Part shown: positions 12,676-25,100 of the stretch, one piece after another
How the letters are laid out: each line of letters opens with the position of its first letter
How positions within the stretch are numbered: position 1 is the stretch's first letter
DNA from: Octopus sinensis
Taxonomy: Eukaryota
Assembly (NCBI RefSeq): GCF_006345805.1
Contig: NC_042998.1
Coordinates: 15,376,001-15,440,000, forward strand
DNA: 64,000 nt
Reading direction: 5' to 3'
Notes under the pieces: generated by a model
Seen by the model: the letters and a program-made list of their open reading frames with translations, nothing else
What the model was told of the DNA's origin: nothing
Databases searched by the model: none
Position numbers and translations under genes: made by a program

Positions 12676-15600
12676 AAGAGAGAGAAAGAGAGAGAAAGAG
12701 AAATAGAGAGGGAAAAACAGACAGACAGATAGATTGATACATAGATAGATGGATGGATAGATATACATTGTGTCACTTCGTTAGAAATCCGTCTATTTCT
12801 TCGTCTTGAATCATTCATCGTGACATGTGATATTTAATTCTTTTAAAATAACGAAGAATATGTATTAAGAGAAACGTTAAATGTGACTTATTATGTAGCT
12901 TTTTAAAAGTTCCTATTTGCATCGCTTTATATTCTATATCCTCATATCTTCATTTATGACTTTCCTTTGATCAACCTGGTTTTGATATAATGTGCGTTAA
13001 GAATATAATAAGATTACTTGAATTGACTACATTCATCTCGTTGTGAAAGTGGCATTGTGTGTTGTCAAAAAAAGTCTTGATGTGCAAATAATATCACTGC
13101 ATATAATAATGTTCAATTGATAGGAAGCTCCAACACATTTTACAGCAGTCATATGAAGAATAGAATTTTGCAAAATACGCAGTTTAATATTACTCACTAC
13201 TAACACCTTCCCTTTATCTTTTCTCTCTCCGAATTAGGTTGTATTCTTTCATTAACTCTTACTTCAACTGCCTCACTTAATTTCTATTATACGTTAACCA
13301 AGTGTGGCAACATGTTCTTCCACCATCTTGTTGTCTGTCTTTGATGTCATTCAGGTCAAAAGAACAGTGAAAAACAACTGCAGTCAACCTTTTCAGCATT
13401 CACTGTTGCTATCGGCAGTTGTTCATGCTTCTTACTTTCTGTCTGTTTCCTGTATTCCCTTCAAAAATAACATAATTTCCCCCAACATACACACAAAAAG
13501 TATTCACATAAAAAGAGAGACACACGCACAAACAACCATGATTAAAGAAGCACAAGTGATTTGATACTATATAATAATGCATATTTTGGTTATCACTATA
13601 AATTTACGATTTGTTTTCATTGCAAGGGAGGTATACGATCCTGTTTCAATTCTTAATGGGGAATACATTCATTCCAATATGCTAAGACCTTTCAGCTGAT
13701 GAAAGACTGAACTACAAAGATCGATCTTACTCTGTTTGTAAAATCAATCTGTCGTTATTGATCATTTCAATATATCTAAAAGAAACAGGAAATGTACTTT
13801 GACCGAAATGATCGCTTTTCTGAGAGTTAAAAATAATAACAAAAAAAAAATTGATAATAATTCCAACTGTTCATGCAGAAGATAACAATGCATAAAATCT
13901 ACTAATATTACGAAGATCTAATGTAGATTTTGACATTTACATTCTTATTGGCTAGCTTTCGGCCAAATGTCTTGACATGGTGTCACGTAATGAACATGTG
14001 CATTCTTGCCAGACGTACTCATACAAACACACTCACGTACATACACAAACACACGTTTGCACACATCACGTATGTATATGTATTTATGCATATGCATAGG
14101 TGTGCATCTGATGTGCTTGTGTGTGCAGGTATTCACGTGTATAGGCATTATGCGCATTTAATGAAGAAGTGTTTGGAAATCAAAAAGATGACGAAGACGA
14201 CGGCCAGTAACGAATCATAAACCTGCCATAGACTGACTATTAAAATAAATTAGGAAACATAGTTCACGTGTATATATTGGAGATACTTCCCTTGCAAACA
14301 CTAATGACCAATGACCCAATGGTAAGACAGTATATCAACATGTCATGGCAGATAGAAAAACAACCGTTATACTCCAAGCAGCAGAAAACCTAATAACAAT
14401 ATCCGGATCCCTATCATCAAATAAAGAAGAGTTTTAAGAGATAGTCCCTACTGAAAATTCACATCTTCCGAGTTATATCTCTCCTAACAAAATCTGCTGA
14501 ACCGAATCGCTAATGAATAACAAATTCTACGGACACTCTATAAACCTTATCATATGTATGAAGGATTGAAATTGCATTCAAGAAAGACATCAGGATTCTG
14601 TTCAACTCAAGCCAAACGGCAATGGTTTCAGAAAAGACATCAAAATCGGAATGGGATTGGAAAAAATGGCCAGCGCTCTTCCGGAAAAGGGACAAGTAAT
14701 AAAATATGATAGATAATAAGTCAGATTCAAAGACCGAATACGAAATAATAAATGAATATCAGTAAACGAATACAATAACAACGACAACACTAATAAATTA
14801 TTGCTGGTTAAACGTAACTCATACATACCTAATATATTCTGAATAGAGAAAGAAAGGCCTAAACTCGGTTTGATATGCGATAATACGCTGAAGGCGTAAA
14901 ACCAAAACACAGCATGAAAATGGATGAAAGCTGGAAGTGCCCGAATTGGAGAATCGCAGCACTTCTAAGAGACATCTTATCTTGCACCAAGGGCTATTTC
15001 CCGCTAACAACAGCTGTTCCATGGAACTCAGAAAATGATCTTCATGATGTACTCGCACTCATGGAGTTTCGACATAATTCCTCACATTATGGAACGTTTG
15101 CTCACTGAACAAACATATGCAAAGTAGTTTCGTCGTTCTAAGTGTCCTTCGGACAGGGTCCGTGGGCGACACGTATGCGCTAGTAGAGTTTGTTATGAAC
15201 CGGCAATCATCACCCGCCCCATTCAACGACACATATTGGGTAGTCACCATATCCAATTTTGCTCTCTTCTGGTTCACGAAACTTCCTACCTTGCTTCCAC
15301 CAACAATATCTCTTCAATATCTCAAACCAACAATATCTCTTCCGTTATCCTCACGCACTACTTGTCAAGACACGCCACAGTACTCGTCATTATCTTTAAT
15401 CTCACAATTTTTACTCAGATAAACTGTCATCTACAAGCACTCGCCAAAGTGTCTCATTTCAAAAAAAAAAAAAAGAAAAAGAAAAGGCAACCACTGAAAA
15501 GGAGGCATCTACACTCTTATTGCTCACACTTCTAAAATCTGTATGCTAACGAAATGCAATTATAAACGATGTTCTCCTCAGGGGCGACCAATAAAGTTTT

Positions 15601-16898
15601 CTTCAAAGCCATATTCACTACATACCTACTTTTAAACCACTTAGCAACTCATTCTTGCCTGTGAGAAGATCGAAGAAAATAATAATGTTGCTCTAACCAT
15701 CTATAAATACTTAGACTGTACTTATCATGCACGTTACCAAAACTTCCGCCTTTGGTCGCTAGTTTTCTCTACGTTCTTGAGTCCGTAGCTTCCTATCAGG
15801 TCGCAGAATCATAATATGTTTTGACAGAGTTCTGTCTACTCCACCTTCACATAACTTTCGTGTTATCCCTTGTCCCCACATTCTTACATTTTTATGCGTC
15901 AATGACTTAGACACTTTGACATCTACCGATGATCGCTCTTATGGAAATGTCAAAACTAACTCTTCGTCCCTCCATAACTCCCCAAACATGCACCTTCCAC
16001 TTGCAGCTTAAACATCACATCCCAAAACTGAATTTATTTCAGAAATGGGGAGATAACCTCTAACCATCCTTTAGAGAAGCCAGATTAATGAAGTAATTTT
16101 AACACACATACACAGAATAAGTTAAGATCTGCACATAGCAACAACATACCCCCTCCCCACTAAAAAAGGGGCAGCACTCTGCTAGATCCCTTACAGTCGG
16201 TGAACATGCTTGCTCTCACTATCAACTATGGCTCCAGGTCTCCTCCATTGCCGAAAGAACATCATTAACATAGATAATACCACACATAAAGATAATAGCC
16301 CAATAGCTGCCGGCAGTCATCATGACTCAAATTGCGTCTCACAATGGAGTGCTTTCTCGACCAATGAGACGATGTTGCAACCTGACACATAGATATCCTA
16401 AGGAGCATTCGAGTGGTGGCTATTAAATCATCAACAGACTCATGCCAGCACCTAACACCAAATTGCTATCGTTACTAAAAATGCTCTCTCTTCCTCGGAG
16501 CTTACTCTACTCTTTTATTTGTTTCAGTCATTTGACTGCGGCCATGCTGGAGCACCGCCTTTAATCGAGCAACTCGACCCCGGGACTTATTCTTTTGCAA
16601 GACAAGTACTTATTCTATCGGTCTCTTTTGCCGAACCGCTAGGTAACCAGCATCGGTTGTCAAGCAATGCTAGGGGTACAAACACAGACACACAAACACA
16701 CACACGCATATATATATAGTAAAGTAAATAAGGTGGCTAGCAGCAGGCTGTTTCGCCTCATACCGAAGGAATTAGAAATGGCAGTCAAAGACCGTTTTTT
16801 CCGTTTTCTATAAGTGGAGATTCCCAAAACGAAGGCCCTTACGGCTCACATACACAAAACCGGAGTGGCAAATATACGAAAGCAATCACTTACCGTTA

Positions 16899-16966
16899 AT
16901 AGCGAACACCGTGTTTCTGGATCACAAACATAGAAAAAGTAGTTTGAATTCCGTCATCAGCGCTAT
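16899..16966 (-). ncRNA. Type I hammerhead ribozyme, intact core
   Basis: ATAGCG-CTGATGA-C-GGAATTCAAAC...GTTTGTGATCC-A-GAAA-CACGGTG-T-T-CGCTAT. 6-bp stem I, near-palindromic stem III, GUU cleavage triplet. Confidence 0.9.
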
Positions 16967-17578
16967 ATTCGATAGCTTTACCAAATGCCACTAGCCCTCA
17001 CTTCTGACCCAGCGACATCAGATAGTGGGGGGAAGTGCGCAGATGTTAAAACTAAGTAACGACTGGGAACGTAAATTTTCCCTCCAAAATTCTGCCATGC
17101 GCGCCTTCTGGGTAATCGTAATGGAATGAGGAATCCACATGGTAATGCAATAAAAATGGTAAATAATTTTCCTGTGGTTTTTCATGTAACCAACAATTAT
17201 TTACCGGTAAATTTCGGTATGTAAATACGACAAATTAATTGTCAGGACCTTTGTAAGGTTCAGTATATAGTAAAGAAAATAAGGTGGCTAGCAGCAGGCT
17301 GTTTCGCCTCATACCGAAGAAATTAGAAATGGCAGTCAAAGACCGTTTTTTCCGTTTTCTATAAGTGTAGATTCCAAAAACGAAGGCCATTTTATTGCAT
17401 TACCATGTGGATTCCTCATTCCATTACGATTACCCAGAAGGCGCGCATGGCAGAATTTTGGAGGGAAAATTTACGTTCCCAGTCGTTACTTAGTTTTAAC
17501 ATCTGCGCACTTCCCCCCACTATCTGATGTCGCTGGGTCAGAAGTGAGGGCTAGTGGCATTTGGTAAAGCTATCGAAT

Positions 17579-17645
17579 ATAGCGCTGATGACGGAATTCA
17601 AACTACTTTTTCTATGTTTGTGATCCAGAACACGGTGTTCGCTAT
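17579..17645 (+). ncRNA. Second hammerhead copy lacking one A of GAAA
   Basis: Identical to 16899-16966 except CCAGAACACGG instead of CCAGAAACACGG (mutation or homopolymer error). Confidence 0.75.
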
Positions 17646-17953
17646 TAACAGTAAGTGATTGCTTTCGTATATTTGCCACTCCGGTTTTGTGTATGTGAGC
17701 CGTAAGGGCCTTCGTTTTTGGAATCTCCACTTATAGAAAACGGAAAAAACGGTCTTTGACTGCCATTTCTAATTCCTTCGGTATGAGGCGAAACAGGCTG
17801 CTGCTAGCCACCTTATTTTCTTTACTATATACTGAAACTTACAACGGTCCTTACAATTAATTTGTCGTATTTACATACCGTAATTTACCGGTAAATAATT
17901 GTTGGTTACATGAAAAACCACAGGAAAATTATTTACCATTTTTATTGCATTAT

Positions 17954-17986
<33 letters not shown>

Positions 17987-18481
17987 CGACGGGCTTCTAT
18001 CAGTTTCCATCTACCAAATCCACTCACAAGGCTTTGGTCGGCCCGAGGCTATAGTAGAAGACACTTGCCCAAGGTGCCACGCAGTGGGACTGAACCCAGA
18101 ACCATGTGGTTGGTAAACAAGCTACTTAACACACAGCCACTCCTGCGTCTTATTTGTCTAGTAAATTCTCCACTCAGGGTTCCTCATGACATTCGTTTCT
18201 AACATATCTAACTCGAGTAATCTGAGGTTACTAAGCATGCTGCATTGTTTCTTTGCCAATTATAGTCTATGTACGTTCACACCAGCAACTTTCAGTACTG
18301 GTTTTGCATGAAAATTATGCTGAATTCTGTAAAAATGCAATGGTTTCGTTCGTTTTTGGCACCGGTTAAACAGTAAAATACACAACATAAATGCAACAAA
18401 CTTCTCAGAGAATTCAAACTGTAATTCTTCATGCGAAATTATGTAACAAGTGCTTTGTGTGCACAAGTATTATCATTATTA

Positions 18482-18552
<71 letters not shown>

Positions 18553-18922
18553 GAGTGAGAGAGCTGTGTATGCCATCAAAGTGACACTGGGGAAAATATA
18601 CGAAGCCCAGTATACCCATCATGACTACCCGTCTGATAAGGGGACACTAGGCACATGCATCACAACCATATGTGCGCGACTTGGTGATCTCATATCAAGA
18701 TAAACAGCACATGACCTTGCAGGTGGGGCCCAGTTAGAATTTTCTTCTGGTCAAGTAACCCATCCCGCTTAAACAGTCCCTGAATAAGGGTTGTTTAAGG
18801 ATGTTGAACGAAACACCCATATTTCCAGCCCATGTTATTCAAACCCCAAAGAATCTCTCTCAAAACATGGCTATGATGCTCCCCCACTACTTCTGCTCGT
18901 GATCAGAGATGCTCGTATCGTC
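18553..18922 (-). mobile_element. Repeat inserted in a (TTA)n tract, probably a Dong/R4-clade 3' end
   Basis: GC-richer 370-bp block flanked on both sides by (ATT)n. Dong-type elements are known to target TAA repeats; the clade call is an inference. Confidence 0.45.
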
Positions 18923-18979
18923 ATTATTATTATTATTATTATTATTATTAGTAGTAGTAGTATTAGTAGTAGTAGTAGT

Positions 18980-19013
<34 letters not shown>

Positions 19014-19735
19014 TGTTGTTGTTGTTGTTGTGATGCAATGTTGTGTTAACGGGAAATACTTACGATTTAAACAAAAACAAAATATCATGTCCATCAAAAC
19101 CATTTCCACCGAAATCAAAATCAAAACTGTTTGCAAACTACAAATCAATCAAGATACATTGATATTTTGTTGTTCTTTGATTGCTGATAATTACGCTTCA
19201 GCCCTAATCATAACGGCACATGCTGATAATCCAGATGTGACCATAGTATCATCAAATGTCTGATTTGGGATTCGTAATGGGTTATTTTTCATATGTATTT
19301 TATTCATGAGACATTTATCCGGTGAGACCTTACATTTATTACGTTTTCTCTGTTATATTATTGCTTGTAATGCAAGAGAAGCTCTGGTCCAACGAATGTT
19401 CCATTCCTAACGATGAATTTGTTGTCCCAATATATAGAACTATGTTTTATAGTTATACATGCATTGTATTCATATAGTTTGATGTAGTTTCGTTTGAGAG
19501 ATTCGGCTAATATTTCTGGCAAATTGTGGAACATTAGAGACACTCCTTACATTTTTGTCTCTTCTATACATTCAGCATGTTTGTGGTGTGATAGTAGGTA
19601 TTATTTTGATTACTAATTTTAAATTCCTATGAAGTCCTTTAAAGATTAACACTATCTCGGCTATCCGGTCTGTGAGGTAGGAAAATAACCAAGATGTGAG
19701 AGTGGGAAGGAGAGAAGGCCGCATCAACATAATAT

Positions 19736-20150
19736 ATGTTTCTTTATTAGCCACACAAGGCTGGACACAGACGGGACAAATTACAAAGTAGAGCTTTTCC
19801 TTTTGGGGAGAGAAAAAAAAGTGGGGTAGGTTTTCGATCAAAAGGGATCGTAGAAAAGAAAAAAAAAGAGAAAAGAAAAAAGAAAAGAAAAAAAAACGAT
19901 CTATAGGGATCGTGTATCACAGAAATGTCATGATGTAAAGTGTAAAGGGGGAAGCAGATAAGGTTTATTCATGGAAAGAAAAGACTACGGAAAAAACCAC
20001 GGTAACCTCGGTCATTAACGTCACATGTTAACACATTTATTTGCAAGTAAGTAACTCACGGTTTAAAATTTTTCCAGGTTTATAGGAGTATGCGCAAGGT
20101 GGCTTCGTCATTCATACGTGCCGTCCCTGCTACATTCACCCATCTTTTTT
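19736..20150 (-). mobile_element. 3' fragment of an L1/Tx1-like LINE
   Basis: The minus strand ends an ORF (…RWVNVAGTARMNDEATLRILL*), followed by a U-rich 3'UTR and the tail TTTGTCCCGTCTGTGTCCAGCCTTGTGTGGCTAATAAAGAAA. Confidence 0.6.
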
Positions 20151-20595
20151 TTCAAATAAATTATAACCGAGCACAGTGAAACACTATGAAATGAAGCATC
20201 ATACTCAAAGACATAACGTAATACCATGGCCAGGAATTTGAGACATGGAACTTAACATAACAGTAGAACAAGTGTCTTCATCGACTTGTCTATATCAATA
20301 TCCATATCACAGTAATAAAGTGTTGAATAGTGTAACTTTTTACTATTTATTTATTCAACTTCATTCATTGATGTAATGACGTCATCCCGAGAGAAACGGC
20401 GATAAATTAGTGAGCAGTATTCTGAATAATTTATAAGAGGGCTGTCATAATTAACCAGTTAAGTTTTTACTTGCTTGGCAAGTGAATATCATTCTGTTAT
20501 ATCAGTTATATTATTCCTAAGTTCATGTTCAGTATTTAAAAAAAAATATTAACAATCTTGCTGAACACATCTTTGTAGCAGATTTGTAATATAAA

Positions 20596-20806
20596 TTTCA
20601 AATTTTCGGCACAAGGCCAGCAATTTCAGAAGAGGGGGTAAATTGATTACATCGACCACAATGCTTGACTGGTTATATTTTCCCGACCGCGAAGGAATGA
20701 AATACACAGTCAACCTCGGTGGAATTTGAACTCAGAACGTAGGGACGGACAAACTGCCGCTACATATTTTGGCCGCTGTGCTAACAATCCTGCCGCATCG
20801 CCGCTT
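20596..20806 (-). mobile_element. Meta-type SINE
   Basis: GGCACAAGGCCAGCAATTT...CCTCGGTGGAATTTGAACTCAGAACGTA...TCGCCGCTT. Confidence 0.8.
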
Positions 20807-20872
20807 CAACAGACTGGTAACATAAGTAGGTGTTTGTACCATATTTTATGTGTGTGTGTGTATCTGTGGTGA

Positions 20873-21060
20873 AGGTGCATGGCTTAGTGTTTAGGGGCAT
20901 TCTGCTCATGATCGTAAGGTCGTGAGTTCAATTCCCGGTGACGCGTTGTGTCCTTCAGCAAAACACTTCATTTCACGTCGCTCCAATCCACTCAGCTGGC
21001 AAAAATGAATAATGCTGCGATGGAATGGCGTCCCGTCCAGCTGGGGAACACATACGCCAT
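20873..21060 (+). mobile_element. tRNA/CORE-like SINE, head 2 + tail B
   Basis: GGTGCATGGCTTAGTG...GAGTTCAATTCCCGG...GTGTCCTTCAGCAAAACAC...GATGGAATGGCGTCCCGTCCAGCTGGGGAACACATA. Confidence 0.8.
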
Positions 21061-22769
21061 ATAATGTATGTGCAGAAGTAGATCATACGATTTATGCTTC
21101 CGCAAATCATTATTGTATAAAACATAATAGAAACAAAATTAGGAAACGTAGATTAGAAAAAACAAAAAGTAAACAAAATTACAAAAAAAGACAAAGAAAC
21201 AAAACAAGAAACTTTGGTGCACCACCTAGGGTGATTGAAAAATAAAGCATTCACAATATAGTGAAGTCAGGAAATGTATAATTTATTTTAAAAATGGTTA
21301 ACATAATATACCTAGTCGAGCATGGACATTGCATTGGCAAATATGAGCAGATATTCTTCGAACAAGTCGGTAGGTGATGCAATGAAGTTGCTCAAGTAAA
21401 AGAAGTAAATATTTACAAATTAAGAATTCATCACGTACAAGCTAAGATAAAACTTCAAAAAATGTTTGAAGAAAATTTTTGTGTATATAAAATGCTGTGG
21501 ATCCTATATAATTATTTCGTTATTTATAACCTTACTAGCCTACTCTAGTGACAGAATCGATGAAGCAGTACATTTAAACTTATTCTTTTTGTGCTGTAAT
21601 TAGAGGAGTGTGCGATGCTTATTTCTAGCATATGGAGACATCATATAGAAGTTCACTTATTGAATCAGGAACCTACAATTTGTTAGTTCTGTTGCTCAAA
21701 AATTAGGAGTAAAATTCGCAGCGACTGTAGACCATTGCATAAAATGATTCGCTTTGTTGTTCCACCTCACTGAATTCAGAGCACAAGTCCACACTCAGAA
21801 TGATTACATTGGTAGTCCATAAAAATGGAACCAAATCACTACCGATGCGTCAAAGAACTGTTAATAGATTTGTGATATATGCTCTCGGTATCTACTTCCT
21901 GATTGCAACATCTGGAACGACACTAGGTTTTAAAACGAGTGGTCTTCCGATGGTAATATGTTCCATAAACAACATTTGTATTCGTGGGAGGAGAGAATTG
22001 AAGCATAAGAAACTGAGAGATTTCTTCACGAAAAAACTTGCTCACATCTGAGCTTACAAGTGCAGGCAAAAGAAAAATGTTGTACGAGAGTGGTAATGTA
22101 CCCTCCGGCGTCTCACCTTCAGGTTAACCGTTATTGAACACAAGTAATTAGGCAAGAAGCAAACCTGAATATTATATTTTCTAGCATGCGTGCGATTAAA
22201 TTGACATTACCAAAATGTAATTTTTCTCCGTTTACTAGAAGTAGGATAAGATTTCAAGAGCGTGTTCCGAATTTCTCGCACATGGATAAGCGGTAAGGAA
22301 GCACATTCCACAAATCAGTTTCAGAAAAAGAAAAAAAAAAAGAAATGGAATAAAAGCGTGGAATGGCTTAAAGATACGATATAATACAACTGAAGTAATT
22401 GGCAATACACAGCCATTTCAAAGATAGAAATATTTTTTACAACATCTACGTAAAAAGGAAAGGAAAAAAAATCAAACATAAGAGAAAATGATAATGATTG
22501 TGATGAGAATATAACAAAATTTTTCTATCAAAGAAAAAACAGCAATGTCAATAAAACGATAAACACAATGAAACGAATGGAAACCTAGAATGTGCAGGAC
22601 TCTGTGAGGTATATATTATTTTTCTTTAACTATTTCACATTGTCAGGTTTCTTATTTAAATTGCAAGTTTAAAAGACTTATGAGTAAACTATACATTTAT
22701 ATGTGTCAGTGGGTGTTTTTACGTGTAATTGTATCTCTGTGTAAGCGGATGTTTGGTTGCATGTATTAC

Positions 22770-22785
22770 ATCTCTCTCTCCCCCA

Positions 22786-22856
<71 letters not shown>

Positions 22857-23375
22857 TATATATATATTATATATATATATATATGTATATATATATGAGT
22901 ATATATATATATATTATGTATATATGTATACATATATATATATGCATATATATATACTTATATATATACGTATATATATTAGGTATATATGTATACATAC
23001 ATATATATATATATATATACATATATATACTCATATATATACGTATATATATATATTATGTATATATGTATACATACATATATATATAGATATACATATA
23101 TATATACTTATATATATATGTGTGTGTGTGTGTGTGTATATATGTGTGTGTGTATATGTGTGTGTGTTCGCGTGCATGTATGTATGTGTCTATAAACATA
23201 CATATTCCTGTATATATATATATATATAAATATATATATAATCAAAGATATATGCATATGTATATATGTTTGCATGTATATGTACATTTGCACTTTTATG
23301 TATGTAGACGCACGTATATGTGATCGTACCTAAGTATGTGAGGTTGTGTGTGTATGTGTATATATGTATATACGT
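22770..23375. repeat. Compound (CT)n/(TA)n/(GA)n/(TG)n microsatellite block
   Basis: Direct reading of the sequence. Confidence 0.95.
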
Positions 23376-23879
23376 ATCATTGGTATTTTTTTCTCATTCT
23401 CCTTCCTTTGATATCGTTTATCTGTAAATCTAATACAGAAGGCGATTTGATTTGAAATTTGAAAGAGAGTGTGAGAGAGAGAGAGAGAGAGAGAGGGGAA
23501 AAAAATGGTATCATTATCTTCGTTGTAAGTTTTCCCTTCACTTTTACTTTGACGTTCAAGATAATGATGAAGATGACGACGGAAATGATATGAGGATGAT
23601 GATGACGATAATTATGATGATACCTTTGATGAAATCACATGTGTGTATGACGTAGGATTTTCGAAAATACAGGCACCGAAAAAATAGCTCTGTGAGAATT
23701 GGATATAAAACTCTGCAGGGCCTCACAAATCACAAAGTCTGAGTCTGTCTGAAGCATACTGTTATATACTACAACGACTTACCAACTCACAACGTTGCAT
23801 TTATAGAGTTTCATCGACTGCTGTTCTCCAGAAGCAAGCAAACGAATTCTATAGCACATAGACACATTAACACATGTAC

Positions 23880-23910
<31 letters not shown>

Positions 23911-24059
23911 TGTATGTATGTATGTATGTATGTACGTATACATCGTGCAAATGAGTGTGTATAGCATATTATCACACACCACAAGACCTGATAAATTCTT
24001 ATATGACATTTATAAAACTTTTGTCTCAAAATGCGTCTGTATATATATATATATATATA

Positions 24060-24284
24060 TACTCTTTTACTCTTTTACTTGTTTCAGTCATTTGACTGCG
24101 GCCATGCTGTAGCCCTGCCTTTAGAAGAGTAAATCGAACCCGGGACTTATTCTTTGTAAGTCTAGTACTTATTCTATCGATATCTTTTGCCGAACTGCTA
24201 TGTTACGGGGACGTAAACACACCAGCATCAGATGTCAAGCGATGGTGGTGGAAAACAAGGACACACAAACATATACACATACAT

Positions 24285-24325
<41 letters not shown>

Positions 24326-24510
24326 TGAGAGAGAGAGAGATTTATACATATATGCAACGGCCTTCTTTCAGTTTCCGTCTACCAAATCCACTCACAAGGG
24401 TTTAGCGGCCCGAGGATATAGTAGAAGACACTTGCCCAAGGTGCCATGCAGTGGGACTGAACATGGAAGCATTTGGTTTGTAGGCAAGATACTTACCGCA
24501 CAGCCACTCA
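24060..24510 (-). mobile_element. Family B SINE, full length
   Basis: TACTCTTTTACTTGTTTCAGTCATTTGACTGCGGCCATG...(TA)(GA)n...CTTACCGCACAGCCACTC. Confidence 0.9.
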
Positions 24511-24663
24511 TATATATATTATGGAGATGTACTTCCATAATGACTGACTTGATCTGAGATCGTGCGCTGAAGCAAAAAACGATTGTTGTTTAGAAGGTTT
24601 TTATATTAGCCATTTAAAAACACACAAGACCGTTAGATTTACTTCAAGATTTATATTTAATTG

Positions 24664-24707
24664 GTCAAAATATTTTCGTCGCTTCTAAAAGCGACGTGTT
24701 CATTGAC
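24664..24707 (-). ncRNA. Minimal hammerhead-like motif, A3.C8 (likely decayed G3:C8 variant)
   Basis: GTCA-ATGAACA-C-GTCGCTT-TTAG-AAGCGAC-GAA-AATATT-T-TGAC, in an element starting at (TA)n near 24520. Confidence 0.6.
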
Positions 24708-24879
24708 AAAACAGCTCTCGATAGATATACTCCCCTCTGTGGCTGTCGGCACAGTCGCTACCACGCTGAATGACTCACAGACTTTAAAAAAACTATATCT
24801 ATGCGATAAATCAAGCCTGTGGGCGTGCTCAACAGAACCCCATGATAAAACCTGCTTGAAAGAAACAACGTGGTAAAGG

Positions 24880-25100
24880 GGCTGGGGAAATTGGCTGATG
24901 CTGTTAGTGCAGCATTCCTGGCCGGTTGAATTGTGCGCTGCTCATCGCTTTGCCTTCCTCTTCTAGTAGCTATACATGCAGCGTTTTGTGATTGTAATTG
25001 AAGTCTCATGTGTTGGTTCATTTGTTCTCCTTTTAATTTCTCTGTTACCGCCGTTTTTCGACCAATGGAGAATCTTTTCTTTGGAGACGTTACGTCAAGA
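24880..25100 (-). pseudogene. Possible Helitron RepHel N-terminal relic
   Basis: PKKRFSIGRKTAV...RRGRQSDEQRTIQPARNA resembles the basic/Q-R-rich N-terminus of Helitron ORFs; no Rep motifs seen. Confidence 0.35.

Larger units (their letters stand above)
16719..17952 (+). mobile_element. Non-coding HHR-bearing element: 551-bp unit, ~1.2 copies inverted + ~1.03 copies direct
   Basis: AAGGTGGCTAG at 16730 and 17281 (period 551). From ~17387 the sequence is the reverse complement of the unit. Ends in (TA)n. Confidence 0.92.
16505..18150 (-). mobile_element. Family B SINE split by a 1.2-kb insertion in its (TA)n
   Basis: Tail half 16505-16718 and head half 17985-18150 (…ACACAGCCACTCCTGCG). Confidence 0.9.

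Noticed and set aside
14300-15540. Cluster of short overlapping ORFs
   Set aside because: No recognisable domain; possibly a decayed LINE ORF1 region, but unsupported.
21720-22100. Possible RTE-type endonuclease relic (DYI..., CSRYLLPDCN)
   Set aside because: Too degenerate to support without an alignment.
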